A DNA stretch of 64,000 nucleotides from the NCBI GenBank assembly GCA_951406725.2, contig OX597814.1:106702001-106766000 (forward strand). Reading direction: 5' to 3'. Under the pieces are notes generated by a model. It saw only the letters and a list, made by a program, of their open reading frames with translations, made no database searches and was not told where the DNA came from. A program made the translations under genes and the position numbers. This document shows positions 1 to 13,843 of this stretch, in pieces (positions within the stretch are counted from its first letter, which is position 1; the number at the start of each line of letters is the position of its first letter). This DNA is from Octopus vulgaris (lineage: Eukaryota).

Positions 1-56
<56 letters not shown>

Positions 57-57
<1 letters not shown>

Positions 58-270
58 TTTATTTAAAGCAGCAGAAAATTCAACAAAACCTGTTACTCTG
101 AGTTTCCCGTTGCCGTTCATCGGACAGTTTTTACTAGCAAAACCTGTCCGATGAACGGCAACGGAAACTCAGAGTAACAGGTTTTGTTGCATTTTCTGCT
201 GCTTTAAATAAAGCATATTACTCTACCACTGGTATTTGAGTACTCTTTTTTCCACCTTGTTTCACATTTA
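57..270 (+). mobile_element. Fold-back mini-element (about 76-bp inverted arms plus about 55-bp tail) with hammerhead-like motif, inserted in (TA)n; probable PLE pLTR derivative
   Basis: 57-132 is the near-perfect reverse complement of 139-213. (TA)n lies on both sides. Confidence 0.7.
137..187 (+). ncRNA. Minimal type I hammerhead-like motif (U4C core variant)
   Basis: Stem I caaaacctgt/acaggttttg; core CCGATGA; short stem II CG-GCAA-CG; GAAA; stem III ACTC-A-GAGT; GUA cleavage triplet. Confidence 0.55.
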
Positions 271-286
271 TATATATATTTATATA

Positions 287-338
<52 letters not shown>

Positions 339-348
339 CACACACACA

Positions 349-503
349 ATGGGCTTCTCTCAGTTTCCATCTACCAAATCCACTCACAAGGCTTTGGTCG
401 ACGCAAGGCTATAGTAGAAGACATTTGCCCAGTGCTATACAGTGGGACTGAACCTGGGACCATGTGATTGGGAAGCAAGCGTCGTACTACACAGCCACAC
501 CTA
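349..503 (-). mobile_element. tRNA-derived SINE family A, 5' half
   Basis: Matches the head of the copies at 10268-10663 and 11075-11471 (tggctgtgt...ggttcagtccc A/B boxes). Confidence 0.85.
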
Positions 504-1516
504 TATGTGTGTCTGTGCGTGTGTGTGAGTGTTTGTGTGGGTGCGTGTGTGCGTATGTGTGTGTGTGAGTGTGTGTGTGTTTATGTGAATGTGTGAGTGT
601 GTGAACTTATGTGTGTGTGAATGTTTGAGTGTGTGTGTGTGTAAGAATATTGTACGTGTGTGGATGTGTGTGTGTGTGTGTGTGTATGCGCGTGTGTCTG
701 TCTGTGTGTGTATACACTGACGCATGCTTTGTTCTTTACACTATATCCCCATTCTACTACAACAGTTTTCTCTCCAACACCGTCTTCATTTCTCGCTGCT
801 TCTGTTAGCTTTAGAATCACTTTAACAACCACCACCACCATCACCACCACCACCACAGTCGCCGCCGCCGCCAACACCACCACCACCACCACCGCCACTA
901 TTGGCATCATTATCACTACCGTCAGCACAAACAACAACATTATCACCAGGAACACTACCAACAACAACACACCCCACCGCCACCAACTCTGAAATATATA
1001 CACTTCCCTTTCTGTGATTTATATGTTTATCTGTGTGTACCTATGTGTGTATGAGTGTGTATGTGTGTGCGTATGTGTGTGTACATACGCATATTCACAC
1101 ACACACACACACACACACATACACACGCACATACCCGTTTAACGTGACGTAATATATATTTTCGACAAGGTTGTTTTTTACTTCTTTTACTCCCGCCAAA
1201 CATTAACTTTTTTCAACTCTTTCTTCCCTTCTCTTTCCTTCCACATATCCTCTCTTTCTCTCTCCTCTCTCTCTCTCCTCTCTTTCTCTCTTTCCTCTCT
1301 CTCCTCTCTCTCCTCTCTTTCTCTCTTTCCTCTCTTTCCTCTCTCTCTCTTTCCTCTCTCTCCTCTCTCTCTCTGTCTCTTTCTTTTCCTGTATCTCTGT
1401 CTCTACCACGTTCTCTCTCTCTTTCCTCTTTTCCACTCTATCACAGTTGCCCTCTCTCTGTATTACTATCTCTGTCTTTGTGTTATCAATCCCTTTATCT
1501 CTTTGTTTCTCTCCTA

Positions 1517-1571
<55 letters not shown>

Positions 1572-2139
1572 AATCCACTCATCATTATGTATTCACAGCT
1601 TCTCCTCTGTCCATTTACTAAGTATATTTACAGTCGATTTTCTATTGTTATCCGCCATTTTCTCCATATAAATACGTCTGCGTTTCGCTAATCCCTTCTC
1701 GAGCTTTAAGTCAGTTTTATCCGGCTTTCGGAAAATCTTTCTCTTGGACCATTGTTGCTTTCTCATTTCTGATTCCGCTATAAAAGTCTGTTTAGAAATA
1801 ACCACCGCAGGGATTAATGTTTGACGACCATGCAACAGGGGAATATTAAAGTAGTCAATCGACCTGCTAGACATAGCAGTCGGTGCTACATCACTTACAA
1901 AAACGAGAAGAATAGATTAAATAATGGCGTTCTTGATATTCTCTCCGAATAAATTAATTATTAAGGGCGGATATTAGTACTAAAAGGTAATCATTATATC
2001 CAACTTAACGTGGATGCTTGGTTAGAACAACGAATACTGCGTAATTAGGCATGAGAGATCCTCTCATATAGCAGTCATCTTATTATAATCGTATGTTTGT
2101 AAAACAATAACTGGGTGTTCACGAATGGATTGTCCTTGG

Positions 2140-2398
2140 TGATGGTTTTGCTTGTTCCTTCTCGAGCCATACCTGGCTCATAAGGGCTGGTTTCTCGGTT
2201 TCCTTGGCGTATAGGTTCCACACCTGGACGGGACACCAGTCCGTCGCAGGTGAGCTGCAAGATGCAGGAGGAAAGGGTGAGAGAAAGTTGTGGCGAAAGA
2301 ATCAGCAGAAGGTCACCATTACCTACTGCCAGAGTCGCGTAGAGCTTAGGTGTTTCGCGCATAAATACACACATCGCCCGGTATGGGGTTCGAACCCA
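2140..2398 (-). mobile_element. tRNA-derived SINE family C, 5'-truncated
   Basis: Minus strand starts with B-box GGTTCGAACCC, contains ctgcgacggactggtgtcccgtccagg, and ends ggctcgagaaggaacaagc. Confidence 0.55.
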
Positions 2399-2625
2399 TG
2401 ATGATGATGATGATGATGATGATGACGACGACGACGACGATGATGATGATGATACTGCTATTGGTGGTGGTGGTTGTCGTCGTCGTGATAATTATGGTGA
2501 TGAGAGAACTGAACAAAAAGGAGATCCTAAAGTCCAGCTGCTTGTTCTTCAATAGAACAAGCGTGCCGCTGAAGGCCAAGTCCTTCCACAGAGCTTCCTC
2601 ATAAATTCTCTGTCCAATAAATATA

Positions 2626-2857
2626 TATTTCTTTACTAGCCACAAAGGGCTAAACACAGAGGGGACAAACAAGGACAGACAAACGGATTAAGTCGATTTT
2701 ATCGACCCCAGTGCGTAACTGGTACTTAATTTATCGACCCCGAAAGGATGAAAGGCAAAATCGACCTCGGCGGAATTTGAACTCAGAACGTAACCGCAGA
2801 CGAAATACGGCTACGCATTTCGCCCGGCATGCTAGCGTTTCTACCAACTCGCCGCCT
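2626..2857 (-). mobile_element. tRNA-derived SINE family B, full length
   Basis: aaggcggcgag...gagttcaaattccgccgaggtcga...gcctttcatcctttcggggtcgataa...gtaaagaaat; many copies in the window. Confidence 0.9.
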
Positions 2858-3129
2858 TTGCGATAAATATACTGTCCAATAAATATACTGAAAGATTTGT
2901 TCGATCCGAAACTATGGCAGAAAGCTCTTGGGCCTAAGCTCAGTAGACTCGAACTCGAGCCCACGTGGATGAGAAGCGATCTTCTTAGCCAAATAGCCAG
3001 GACTGTGCATTCTGCTGTCCGGTCTGAACCGTTGTATCAGGTCATTTGTGAGATCTTTCATGAGTGCTACTGGGAGCACCCTGTCGCACAGCTGGGTCGG
3101 CGACAACTAAACCATCATCCTCACCTAAT

Positions 3130-3240
3130 GGCTGGCCTGGTGAGGAGGGTTGCTAGAAACCCAGCAGGCTGGCCTGGTGAGGAGGGTTGCTAGAAACCCA
3201 GCAGGCTGGCCTGGTGAGGAGGGTTGCTAGAAACCCAGCA
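3130..3240. repeat. Perfect 37-bp tandem repeat x3
   Basis: ggctggcctggtgaggagggttgctagaaacccagca at 3130, 3167 and 3204. Confidence 0.95.
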
Positions 3241-4509
3241 GGACAAAAAACAAGACTTCTGAGATGAGCCTACTGTAGGTTCAATTACTATTTTACCATA
3301 GCACGGATCCATAGAAATTCCGGATTAGTACCTGATATGCTGGAAGACCGCTGGGAGTGAGATACTCCTTAGCTTTTGTTAAAGCATGTTTCTAGAAACC
3401 GCTTGGAACTGAGTGTATGTCCGCTCCGATGATCAGCAGTGAGTCCTCTGCGACGGTCGACAATCGGCGAAAAGATGGGCTGCTGCGGATCGCATTATCC
3501 CAGAAAATGTATCCATGTTACCGGGGACCAAATGTGAACTTCTATTCCCACTGAAAATCCGAACATGACTCGTTGGTCAGAGCCGGCTCAAAATCTCCAC
3601 CCCGGATGAATGCCACCGCAAGTACAAACAATTACAAGTACAGTCTGAGACGATATAAAGGATGTGAGCACCATCAGAACCTTGGTGCCGTTTCATAGAA
3701 GCGTAGACTGGATTATTGAGAATCTAAACCTACTTCCAGCGCTGATGGCTGTGTATGAACTTTCCTTCGTCTCAAGGACACCGAAAGCAGTGATTCCCAA
3801 CCAGGATCCATATAAGATATTGTTGTTAATATTTATCTGCAATAAATTGGTTATACTTCTATAATACACCAAAAATATCTTAACAATTAATTTTATAAAA
3901 TTCTTAAAATTTAACAATAAAAAAATATTTTTAAAACCTGGAATGGCTATGGCGGATCTTCTGGGTAAAGAAAGTATCAAAGGGATCCATAGATTAAAAA
4001 AGAAAAAAATGGTTGAGAAACATTGTCCAAAAATGTGTTTTTGTTTTCCTTCGATGATTTCATTAACAATTCCATCTCCACCCTCCCATCCAAGATATAT
4101 TCAAAGGTTTACATAAGTGCCATAATATTCCAATCTACCACAGAACTCCGTCGACTGAATACATCATTGAATATTGTTTGTGTTTTTCTCTTTATATAAC
4201 AAGGATTAAATTATTCTCTAACCTTCCCCCAACATCTACCACCAACATCACGTGGTACATTTCTATGATTATGTATTCATGGACTTCTAATGCTCAGCTT
4301 AATTTCGAACCTTTGTTCTTGAGATATCAGACACCAGTTCTGATTAGAAGTTCTACTCAAAATCAGAAAATTAAAACGGTTCTTTGATCTTCGATTACGT
4401 CTCAATTTATAAGGATCTCTATTTTATATTTTGAATTTTCTGGGGAGAAAAAAATCACGTATTCATTGTATTTACAACTAATCAATAGAAAGAGTGCGCC
4501 CGCGCCTGC

Positions 4510-4540
<31 letters not shown>

Positions 4541-4541
4541 C

Positions 4542-4584
<43 letters not shown>

Positions 4585-5857
4585 TATGTGTGTATGTGTG
4601 TGTGTGTGTGTGTATTCGTGTGTGCACTTGTACAACGTGGCAGACACATGTTAGAGATTCACAAGCAACAGGCGATGACAACGGAATGATTGACCTATAT
4701 AGACGAAAATATATCATTATATTTCTAATCCTGAACCCTATATATAGTGGCCAATAGCCGCATCTCAGGTCAATTGCAGAGAAAATGTGTCAGTGACCAG
4801 GTCACAGATAGTGCGAGGGAAATTTTGACTCGAAATAATAAGATAACAAAAATAAATCAATAACAGTTTTTGTATGTTTTTGAATGGTTAACATGGATCC
4901 TCCAAGATGCAATGATTTCTTTCAATACACGGTTTCGGGTCAACTCAACCGCCAGTCCAGAACAATTGAAACAGATATTGTTGTACTTTTGGACGGTCAT
5001 TTTTTTCCTTCTTTTTTGCCAAATAAACACACGCACTATATATATTTCTTTTCTTCACTCGTTTACTACTGTTAGTTTATTATTTCGACGCCTGTCCATC
5101 GCCCGGAAATCTTTCGTCACACATCTGTGACCTCTTCAGTGACACTTTTCGTTTCCGTGTGTGTTCTTTCTCCACTTACTCCACTCTTTTCTGCTAACAT
5201 GCGTATCCTTATGTGTGCATACGTTTGTATCCTTGTGTGTGTGTGCGTGTGTGCGTGTCTGTGTCTGTGTCTGCGGCAGAGAAAGAAGAAGAGGAGGAGG
5301 GAGAAGAAGAGGAGCAGGAGGAGGAGGAGATAATTTGAGAGTCTGTAACATAGAACTACGAAGTCGAAAGAAGACTTATCGAAAGTGATGCGACTTTAAG
5401 GTGTGTCGTCTCTGATGTAGTTTTGTTTGTTTATTTGTTATTTGATTTTTGTGTTGCCTTTTTTTTTTATTAGCGCATGTGACGTAGGGGGCGACGGCGG
5501 TCTGGGTAAAGATCCACTTGTCGATGGATGGAATTGAAGAATAATTAAATTTATTACCTGATTAGTTTTGGTGTTCACAACTATGCAGGTAATTAGCACC
5601 ACATCGTTTCCAAACAGATGCAAAGACGATTCTTTCTCTGATTCTAATCTAAAACTGATTTCGATTCCATTTCGAACTTCGGTAAATTTACAAACATCTG
5701 CACGGTTTGGTCAACTCATCCAATTAGACATTAACGTTTGTTGTTGTTGAGGTTGTCGTTGAGGTGGGTTTTTTAACCTCTGTTATATTCTTTGGAGGAG
5801 TTCAATTGTCAAAGACGTTCCAACCGTGAGCACCCATTCTATGTCAATATGTGTGTT

Positions 5858-6065
5858 AAGGCGGCGATCTGGCAGAAACGTTAGCACGCCGGGCGAAATG
5901 CTTAGCGGTCTTTATGTTCTGAGTTCAAATTCTGCCGAGGTCGACTTTGCCTGTCATCCTTTTGGGGTCGATAAATTAAGTACTAGTTGCGTACTGGGAT
6001 CAATCTAATCGACTGGCTCCCACTCCCCAAAAATTTCGCACCCTGTGCTTAGAGTAGAAAAGAAT
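5858..6065 (+). mobile_element. SINE family B variant
   Basis: aaggcggcgatctggcagaaacgttagc...gagttcaaattctgccgaggtcgac. Confidence 0.85.
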
Positions 6066-6113
6066 ATGTGTGTTTGTGTATATATGTGTGTGTGTGTGCG
6101 TGTGTGTGTTTGT

Positions 6114-6177
<64 letters not shown>

Positions 6178-6181
6178 TTGT

Positions 6182-6760
6182 ACAGCTGTCCAAAAGTGCT
6201 GGAGGAGGGACGCTTTTCTGGGAGGACTGACCAGATTTTGAAAGTCATACTAGACACCATCTGAAGTCGGATGTGCGATTAAAGCGCCTCCATACAGCAA
6301 GGAGGAAGGTCACCTTCACGAAGACTGACGTGAAGAAGATGCCAGCTGCCAGGTCCACCTCCCTGAGTCTATTAATTGCTGGGGCAAAAGCCTGGGAACT
6401 GAGTAAGTCGATCTGGGGACGCAACTGAAATTTCCAGATATTATCGCCTCAAGATCAATAAGGCCAGATATGGCGCTCATCTCAGAAGCACCCGAGGTGG
6501 TTCAATTAGAACTTTTCATCATTGAGAAGAGCACATTAAAGAGGCAAATGAGAGTAAGAGAAGGAAAGATGGAAAACAGGTAAAGCTCTGCCAAAACAAT
6601 GAGTGCCAAGGAAGGTGTGATCCCAGAGAGAGGAGATGCAAAGGACCGGCAGTTCAGTTCCTCTGCAGATCCTGCTGGGCGCTAAACATCGCAGTTGGCA
6701 GAAGGCCATGAAGTTGACTGAGGTTGGTAGGAAGGAGAATGTGGCTGTGGATGGGGTCAT
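6182..6760 (+). pseudogene. Degraded HERO-like non-LTR retrotransposon C-terminus (restriction-like endonuclease)
   Basis: Translated pieces [22 protein letters not shown] and VDLGTQLKFPDIIASRSIRPDMALISE...VQLEL resemble RLE-clade motifs (GRY.WRHDQVL; RPD...ELTVPWE). Confidence 0.65.
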
Positions 6761-6915
6761 GCGGGCGCTGGAGAGGGCAGTATTACCTGGGGTAGTGCTA
6801 ACTAGACACAAACTGGAGCTTGATCTGACACATACTCCCCGGGTCGCACGGTGAGTGTCAGATTGTTGAAAAACATCATCACCCTAGAATGTGTCGCAGG
6901 ATGATGGAAAAACTT

Positions 6916-6979
<64 letters not shown>

Positions 6980-7220
6980 CGCCCGTGTGCAAGCATCTGT
7001 TTTTCATGGCTCTTTAAAATACCACTATGGATCCCCAATTTCCTCTTTTGCTTGCGTGGGCCCCCCAAAATCTTATATGGAACTTCAAGGGTCATATAGA
7101 TCGTAAAAGTCCTCCTAATAAAGAAAATAATGGGAAAAGGGAAAGGAATGAATATATATTTCATATTACATACTAGGGTATGTGGAATATATATCTACGT
7201 GTGTGTGTGTGCGTGTAAGT

Positions 7221-7258
<38 letters not shown>

Positions 7259-7263
7259 GATAA

Positions 7264-7357
<94 letters not shown>

Positions 7358-7654
7358 TACAATACATATTAAAATACATATGGAGTGTAAAGTTTGCATT
7401 ATGTGGTAAGTATATGATGTGTAGTGTTTACATTTCATCGCAAGATATATGTAATAGTGGTGCAGGGCATTTTTATAAAACAGTGAATAGTAAAGTGGAT
7501 TCTGTTATTGGACAACGGAAGAGGAAATCGATGTAATGTGTTGTGTGCGGTTGAGCTAGAATCAACGGCATACAGTAATAGGGAGATTAAGAGATTAACA
7601 AATCCCTATACAGTTGTTGATATAACGGTAATGATAGACAAAACAAAAACTAGT

Positions 7655-7760
7655 TATAGTTCCGGGTTTAGTCCCACTGCGTGGCACCTTGAGTAAATGT
7701 CTTCTACTATAGCCTCGGGCCAAATAAAGTCTTGGTAGACGGAAACTGAAAGAAGCACAC

Positions 7761-7844
<84 letters not shown>

Positions 7845-8490
7845 GACACACGGACACAAATGTATATATGTAAGCAGAAAATGGAGAAAGCATTTGATCA
7901 ACAAACAAATTGACCAACATCGGTTGATTATTTTTTAATACAAAACATGACATGCCATTTCTTACAGCCGTTTCTGCTGCCAATGTTAGTCGGTGCTTAC
8001 GAAAGAAGTTCCGAAAATAATATTCGCCATCTTCATAGCACATTCGATGTAGTACATGGAGCTTCATCAGAGTGAATACAAATGCATAAAATAAACGAAG
8101 GGAAGAGGAAAGAACAGGGCCTCAAGACGAGGCCAGAAGGCTCAATATATTAGAATCCTACTATCTTGCAGCGTGGAGCTTGAAGTCGATAGACAAAAGT
8201 GTGAACTAGCAATGATCTAGGGAAATATTGACGGGTTATTTCTTTATATAGGGGAACCAGGGTGTGTAATGAAATGTATGTGTGTATTTGTGTGTCTGTG
8301 TCTGTCTCCCCACCATCGCTTGACAACCGATGTTGGTGTGTTTACGTCCCCGTAACTTAGCGGTTCGGCAAAAGAGACCGATAAAATAAGTACAAAACTT
8401 ACAAAGGATAAGTCTTGAGGGTCGCTTTGTTCGACTAAAGGTCGTGCTCTAACATGGCCGCTGTCACATTATTGAACAAGTAAAAGATAT
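7655..8490 (+). mobile_element. SINE family A split at its internal (TA)n by a roughly 0.4-kb insertion
   Basis: 5' half at 7655-7765 and 3' half at 8280-8490, with unrelated sequence between. Confidence 0.7.
7960..8075 (-). ncRNA. Hammerhead-like motif with roughly 90-nt extended stem II
   Basis: Minus strand reads CTGATGA a-gctccatgt ... acattggcagc-a GAAACGGCTGTA. Stem III is near-palindromic; stem I is weak. Confidence 0.5.
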
Positions 8491-8609
8491 GTAATGGCAG
8501 ACGCGGAATATTTGAATGTGACGTGCAGTGCAATGTCAAAATTGTTATTATAACGAATTATTGTGATTGCTTTATGCGAGGAAAATAAGATAAAAAGAAA
8601 TAACGACAA

Positions 8610-8880
8610 AATGAGCTCCAACAGCGAAGACAGGCAAGGATTTGGGTTGTATTTTCTCTTCCAAGGGATAGAGCGGACGATTCTCTTTGAGGGGGCCATG
8701 TATCTTGTTTAGGGTGTAGATATTTCGTAGATCAACTTGAGCTGTCAAACGACCTTCCTCTCCAAGCAAGGAAATAATTCATTCCCTCCATTTAAAATAC
8801 CATTTACGGTAAGAAGAGATTCATAATTACGCAGAGGAAGTGTGTTAATGGGAGAAAACTAAAGACACTTTGAAGAAATA
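8610..8880 (-). pseudogene. Highly degraded RT fragment, DIRS/tyrosine-recombinase retrotransposon-like
   Basis: Pieces YFKMEG, QVDLRNIY and PWKRK..CL resemble FKMEG...KIDLKDAY...F.W.G...CLPFG. Confidence 0.35.
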
Positions 8881-9266
8881 TTTGTGAAAAGGAAGTACCA
8901 AGATCTTGACTAATTAATGGACTTCCTCTCCTAAAGTATGAACATTGGAAAGTTGAAGTAAATGTCGGTCTCTCTGGAATCATTGGATTAACTGTTCTGG
9001 TCGGAGAATATCCCAAATAAATATCGGTTTATAATTGAGGGTGGAGGTGTTGCTGGGTGTGTTTCATCGATTACACCCTTGACTAGCACAGCTTTTTGAG
9101 AATATCTAGGACTACAGTCAAATGTGTCCTTCCTACGACGCTATGATTTGATTTAAATAGGTTTAGCTGTTATTTCTATTAGGTTGAACGTAAAAGCTCT
9201 CGGGTTTTCTTTTGCTACATATCTGGGTGCGTATGTGTGTGAGTGCGTGCATGTGTGCGTGTGTGT

Positions 9267-9321
<55 letters not shown>

Positions 9322-9340
9322 CATGAATGTATGTATATGC

Positions 9341-9392
<52 letters not shown>

Positions 9393-9452
9393 GTGTATAT
9401 ATATATGTATATATATGTTTATTTATATTTACATTTATATATATACATACAC

Positions 9453-9493
<41 letters not shown>

Positions 9494-10142
9494 AAAAGAG
9501 AGAGGGGAGGGAGGGAAAATATGGCAAGGAAGATGACTATATTTATATATAAACACATACATACATTCATACATACATACACACACACACACATACACAG
9601 AGGGGAGAAAGAGAAGAGAGCCAGCACGCAGTAAGGAATGCACAATCCATCATAACCTGTTATTCTATATCCTCTAACATGTATCCAAGGCTTCCTACTA
9701 AATTTGAGAACAATTATGCAGGTGTGGAGACAGGTAAGCAAGCATTTAATTTTCTTTTAATGTGTAATTTACGTCGTTATTTTCAATGGCGCGGATGGCT
9801 TCAGTGTGACCGTTAACTGACAGGTGCAATACACTTGAATGAGAGCATCCCATGACAGGACTTACAGCTGTTGACCCCTTATTATTTCAGATTCCACTCA
9901 TGCGAACAGAAACAAGACAGGCAAAGCAACCACTTCAAAACTTTACTCCTCTTTTCTCCTTATCTCCAATGACTGAAAGCAAAGATGACAGATAGCTTCT
10001 TTTTCTTTTTATTTCTTTTCTTTTTCTAACCACTCCGATGGTCTTTAAACAGGTGCCGGACCTCACAACCACAACTTATTGCTTTCTCTCCGACATTTTT
10101 CTTACATTATTTACAACCAATATTATTGTTGTTGTTATTATT

Positions 10143-10190
<48 letters not shown>

Positions 10191-10267
10191 TAAATTTGAA
10201 TATGTTCTTTGCAAATTAGCTTTATATATGAATTATATTTACATATATATATTTATACCTATCTCTC

Positions 10268-10663
10268 TTTCTCTTTTACTTGTTTCAGTTATCTGACTTC
10301 GGCCATGTTGGAGCACCGCCTTTAGTCGAGCAGATCGACCCCAGGACTTATTCTTTGGAAGCCTAGTACTTATTCTATCGGTATCTTTCGCCGAAGTTAC
10401 GAGGACGCAAACACACCAGCATCGGTTGTCAAGCGATGTTGGGGAGACAAACACAGACATACAAACATATACCCACACACATACATACATACATATATAC
10501 ATATATACGACAGGCTTCTTTCAGTTTCCGTCTACCAAATCCACTCACAAGGCTTTGGTCGGCCCGAGGCTATAGTAGAAGAAACTTGCCCAAGGTGCCA
10601 CGCAGTGGAACTGAACCCGGAATCATGTTGTTGGTAAACAAGCTGCTTACCACACAGCCACTC
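10268..10663 (-). mobile_element. SINE family A, full length
   Basis: tRNA-like head, ggcaccttgggcaag core, internal (TG/TA)n, tail ggcggtgctccaacatggccg. Confidence 0.9.
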
Positions 10664-10747
10664 ATGTTTATGTATATGTTGTGCATATATATGTGTTGTG
10701 TGGATGTGTGCGTGTGTGTGTGTATGCGTGCAGGTGTATGTATATAT

Positions 10748-11018
10748 ATGGGCCCACAGTTTTTTAATATTCTCCCAAAGAGCTTGAGGGACCTACACAA
10801 AGTGGAACTAGATGTTTTCAAAACAAAACTGGATCTCTTCCTGTCGATAGTCGCAGATCAGCCTACCTCGCGGCAGGAGGCGCGAATGAGGGAAGCGGCA
10901 TCAAACTCACTTATTCACCAAATACCACATATTAGAGGTAGCTCTCAATAAAAACAGTGTAGCAAAACGGTGGTGCCCCAGCATGGCCGCAGCTTTGAGC
11001 TGGACCCGATAAAAGAAT
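10748..11018 (+). mobile_element. 3' end of a CR1/L2-group LINE
   Basis: GPQFFNILPKSLRDLHKVELDVFKTKLDLFLSIVADQP, followed by tail ggtggtgccccagcatggccgcag. Confidence 0.7.
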
Positions 11019-11021
11019 ATG

Positions 11022-11069
<48 letters not shown>

Positions 11070-11074
11070 GTACT

Positions 11075-11471
11075 CTCTTTTACTTGTTTCAGTCATTTGA
11101 CTGCGGCCATGCTGGCGCACCGCCTTTACTCGAGCAAATCGACACCGGACTTATTCTTTGTAAGCCCAGTACTTATTCTATCGATCTCTTTTGCCGAACC
11201 GCTAAGTAACGGGGACGTAAACACACCAGCATCGGTTGTCAAGCAATACTAGGGAGACAAGCACAGACACACAAACACACACACATACATATACATATAC
11301 ATATATATGACAGGCTTCTTTCAGTTTCCGTCTACCAAATCCACTCACAAGGTATTGGTCGGCCCAGAGCTATAGCAGAAGACACTTGCCCAAGATGCCA
11401 CGCAGAGGGACTGAACCCGAAACCATGTGGTTGGTTAGCAAGCTACTTACCACACAGCCACTCCTGCGCCT
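11075..11471 (-). mobile_element. SINE family A, full length
   Basis: Minus strand runs aggcgcaggagtggctgtgtggtaag...aaatgactgaaacaagtaaaaga. Confidence 0.9.
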
Positions 11472-11539
11472 TTTTAAAATAGGATAAAATCTTTATAAGA
11501 ATTTATCAAGTAGTTAGAGAAAAAAAGTGAAAAAAAAAG

Positions 11540-11609
<70 letters not shown>

Positions 11610-11833
11610 GCGAGGTTGTCTCATGCTCATAAGGGATTATTATATCCGAAATTTCACTGGTTTAATCACCAACACCGTTGAGGGATATCTCTTCCATATA
11701 TATGGGATTATTATAAGTATAAATATGATTAAAGAAGAAGAATAAAAAGTTGGTAAAGATATATATATTTTGGCAGTATGTTAATAAATTAATTTCATAT
11801 CCTTACCAACTCTCAATTCTTCTTCTTTAATCA

Positions 11834-11874
<41 letters not shown>

Positions 11875-13107
11875 ATATATGTACGTGTTGATTTGCGTTC
11901 CAGGGTCATTTTTCTGTTATATCTGCAAAGACAAATACTTCCCCTCTTCGCTGTCCGTATCGTAAAATGCAACTAATTCTATTATTAAGTGTCCCTCAAC
12001 GTTTTCTTTAATAACCATCATATTTCGTTTCCATCGCCATAATTCAGGTGAGCGTTTGTTTTTGACTTGTATTTACTTTTAAGAAATTCTTTAAAACACA
12101 CGAGTCATTTTTAATAACCACTTCCAGCTGTACTTGGCATAACCTTTCATCTACCCCGCTCAGCCCCAATCTCTTACAACCCCGCTTGCAATATATGTTT
12201 TTTTCCCTCTTTTGCTCTCCTGTATTTTTCCTTTACTATGTTTTTAGCTGTCACGCTACATTGACACCCGACAACTTTGACACTTTCATCTCCGTTAACC
12301 CTAAATTCAACACTCTCTCTGTTGCTGACCTTCAGAAATGTTTGTTTTAACTAAATTCATTTTAATAGCTCCTTCTTGTGCAGTCACTATAACGGCATGG
12401 GGTTCCTCTTTAATTCCTACATCATTCAGTCAAGCCCATTTTTCATCTGTGTTCTCCAACTGGTTCCAAAAGGGACAGAGATGGAGAAAGAGAAAGAGAG
12501 GGAGAGAGAGAAAGAGAGAGAGACTGTCCTCGAGGCACAGTCTTCTGATAGTTTTCTATTTCTTTCCATTCCCATTCAACACAGCTGCACCCAAAGACTT
12601 TTTCTTCAACTTCCTTAACCTTCATCGTTATTCCCATCAACACCGGTCATGCTTCAGTAGTTTTCTTCTTGCTTCTTTCCCTCCACCATGTTGCCCATTA
12701 CACGTGTTTCGTTGCTGTTGTCATTTGGATCCAGCCATCCGATCATTAAAGACCTTCCATCAATAGCCATCTTGTCTTTTTTCTTCAGTCATATTATGTC
12801 TCGCGCTACGTAACAAATGTATCACCTTTGTATTAAGACCGTAGGTTTTGGTTTTAGCAAGACTTAACTACTTTAATATTGACGTCATACATGCTCGGTC
12901 CCTCCCACTCTCATCCTCTACATACACTCTCCTTCTCTCTCTCTCCTTCCTCTCTCGTTCCCTTTCTCTCTCTCACGCTCTCTCACTGTTCTTTATTTTG
13001 GTTTTACGCACAAAATGGTTTCCCTCCAAGCGAAAAGGAACATATAGTGTATTGTATCTGTATGTATATATACATGCAACATACATACATACATGCATAC
13101 ATATATG

Positions 13108-13184
<77 letters not shown>

Positions 13185-13200
13185 GTATATATATATCTAT

Positions 13201-13370
<170 letters not shown>

Positions 13371-13757
13371 ATATATATCATAGAAATAAATTATTCATAC
13401 ATCCATAATTCTTCATCTTCTTTCTGTCATTATTAGGGATTACTGCAATAATCCCGAACGTATGGCAGAGACTTTATCTTTATATGATAGTGATTAAGCA
13501 GTGGAATTTTGGGATTACTTAATCCCTAATGAAGATTTGACATCCTCGAATTGACTATGTATCTGTGTGTGTGTGTGTGTGTGTGTGTGTGCTAATATCG
13601 AACAGTGAGAATGATTGTTCAACACCGCATTGGTGGATAAATGTTCTTTATGTCTTGGTTAACAAGGCTACCATTGGTTTCATACCGATAATTCTCAGCA
13701 ATTATCAAACCTGCAACATGGGACGTTGTTACTAGTCTCTTTCTTACAGACGAGTAC

Positions 13758-13843
<86 letters not shown>

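Noticed and set aside
581-1003. Hydrophobic membrane-like or Thr-rich ORFs
   Set aside because: They derive from a degenerate (CAC/CAA)n repeat.
3130-3240. 37-bp repeats of CRISPR-like length
   Set aside because: The repeats are directly adjacent with no spacers, there are no cas genes, and the context is eukaryotic.
3060-3790. Possible HDV-like ribozyme or LINE 5' region
   Set aside because: Hairpins are present, but a nested double pseudoknot could not be built and no protein motif was recognised.
11390-11471. tRNA-like A/B boxes
   Set aside because: These are SINE heads, with no complete cloverleaf, and they continue into SINE body sequence.
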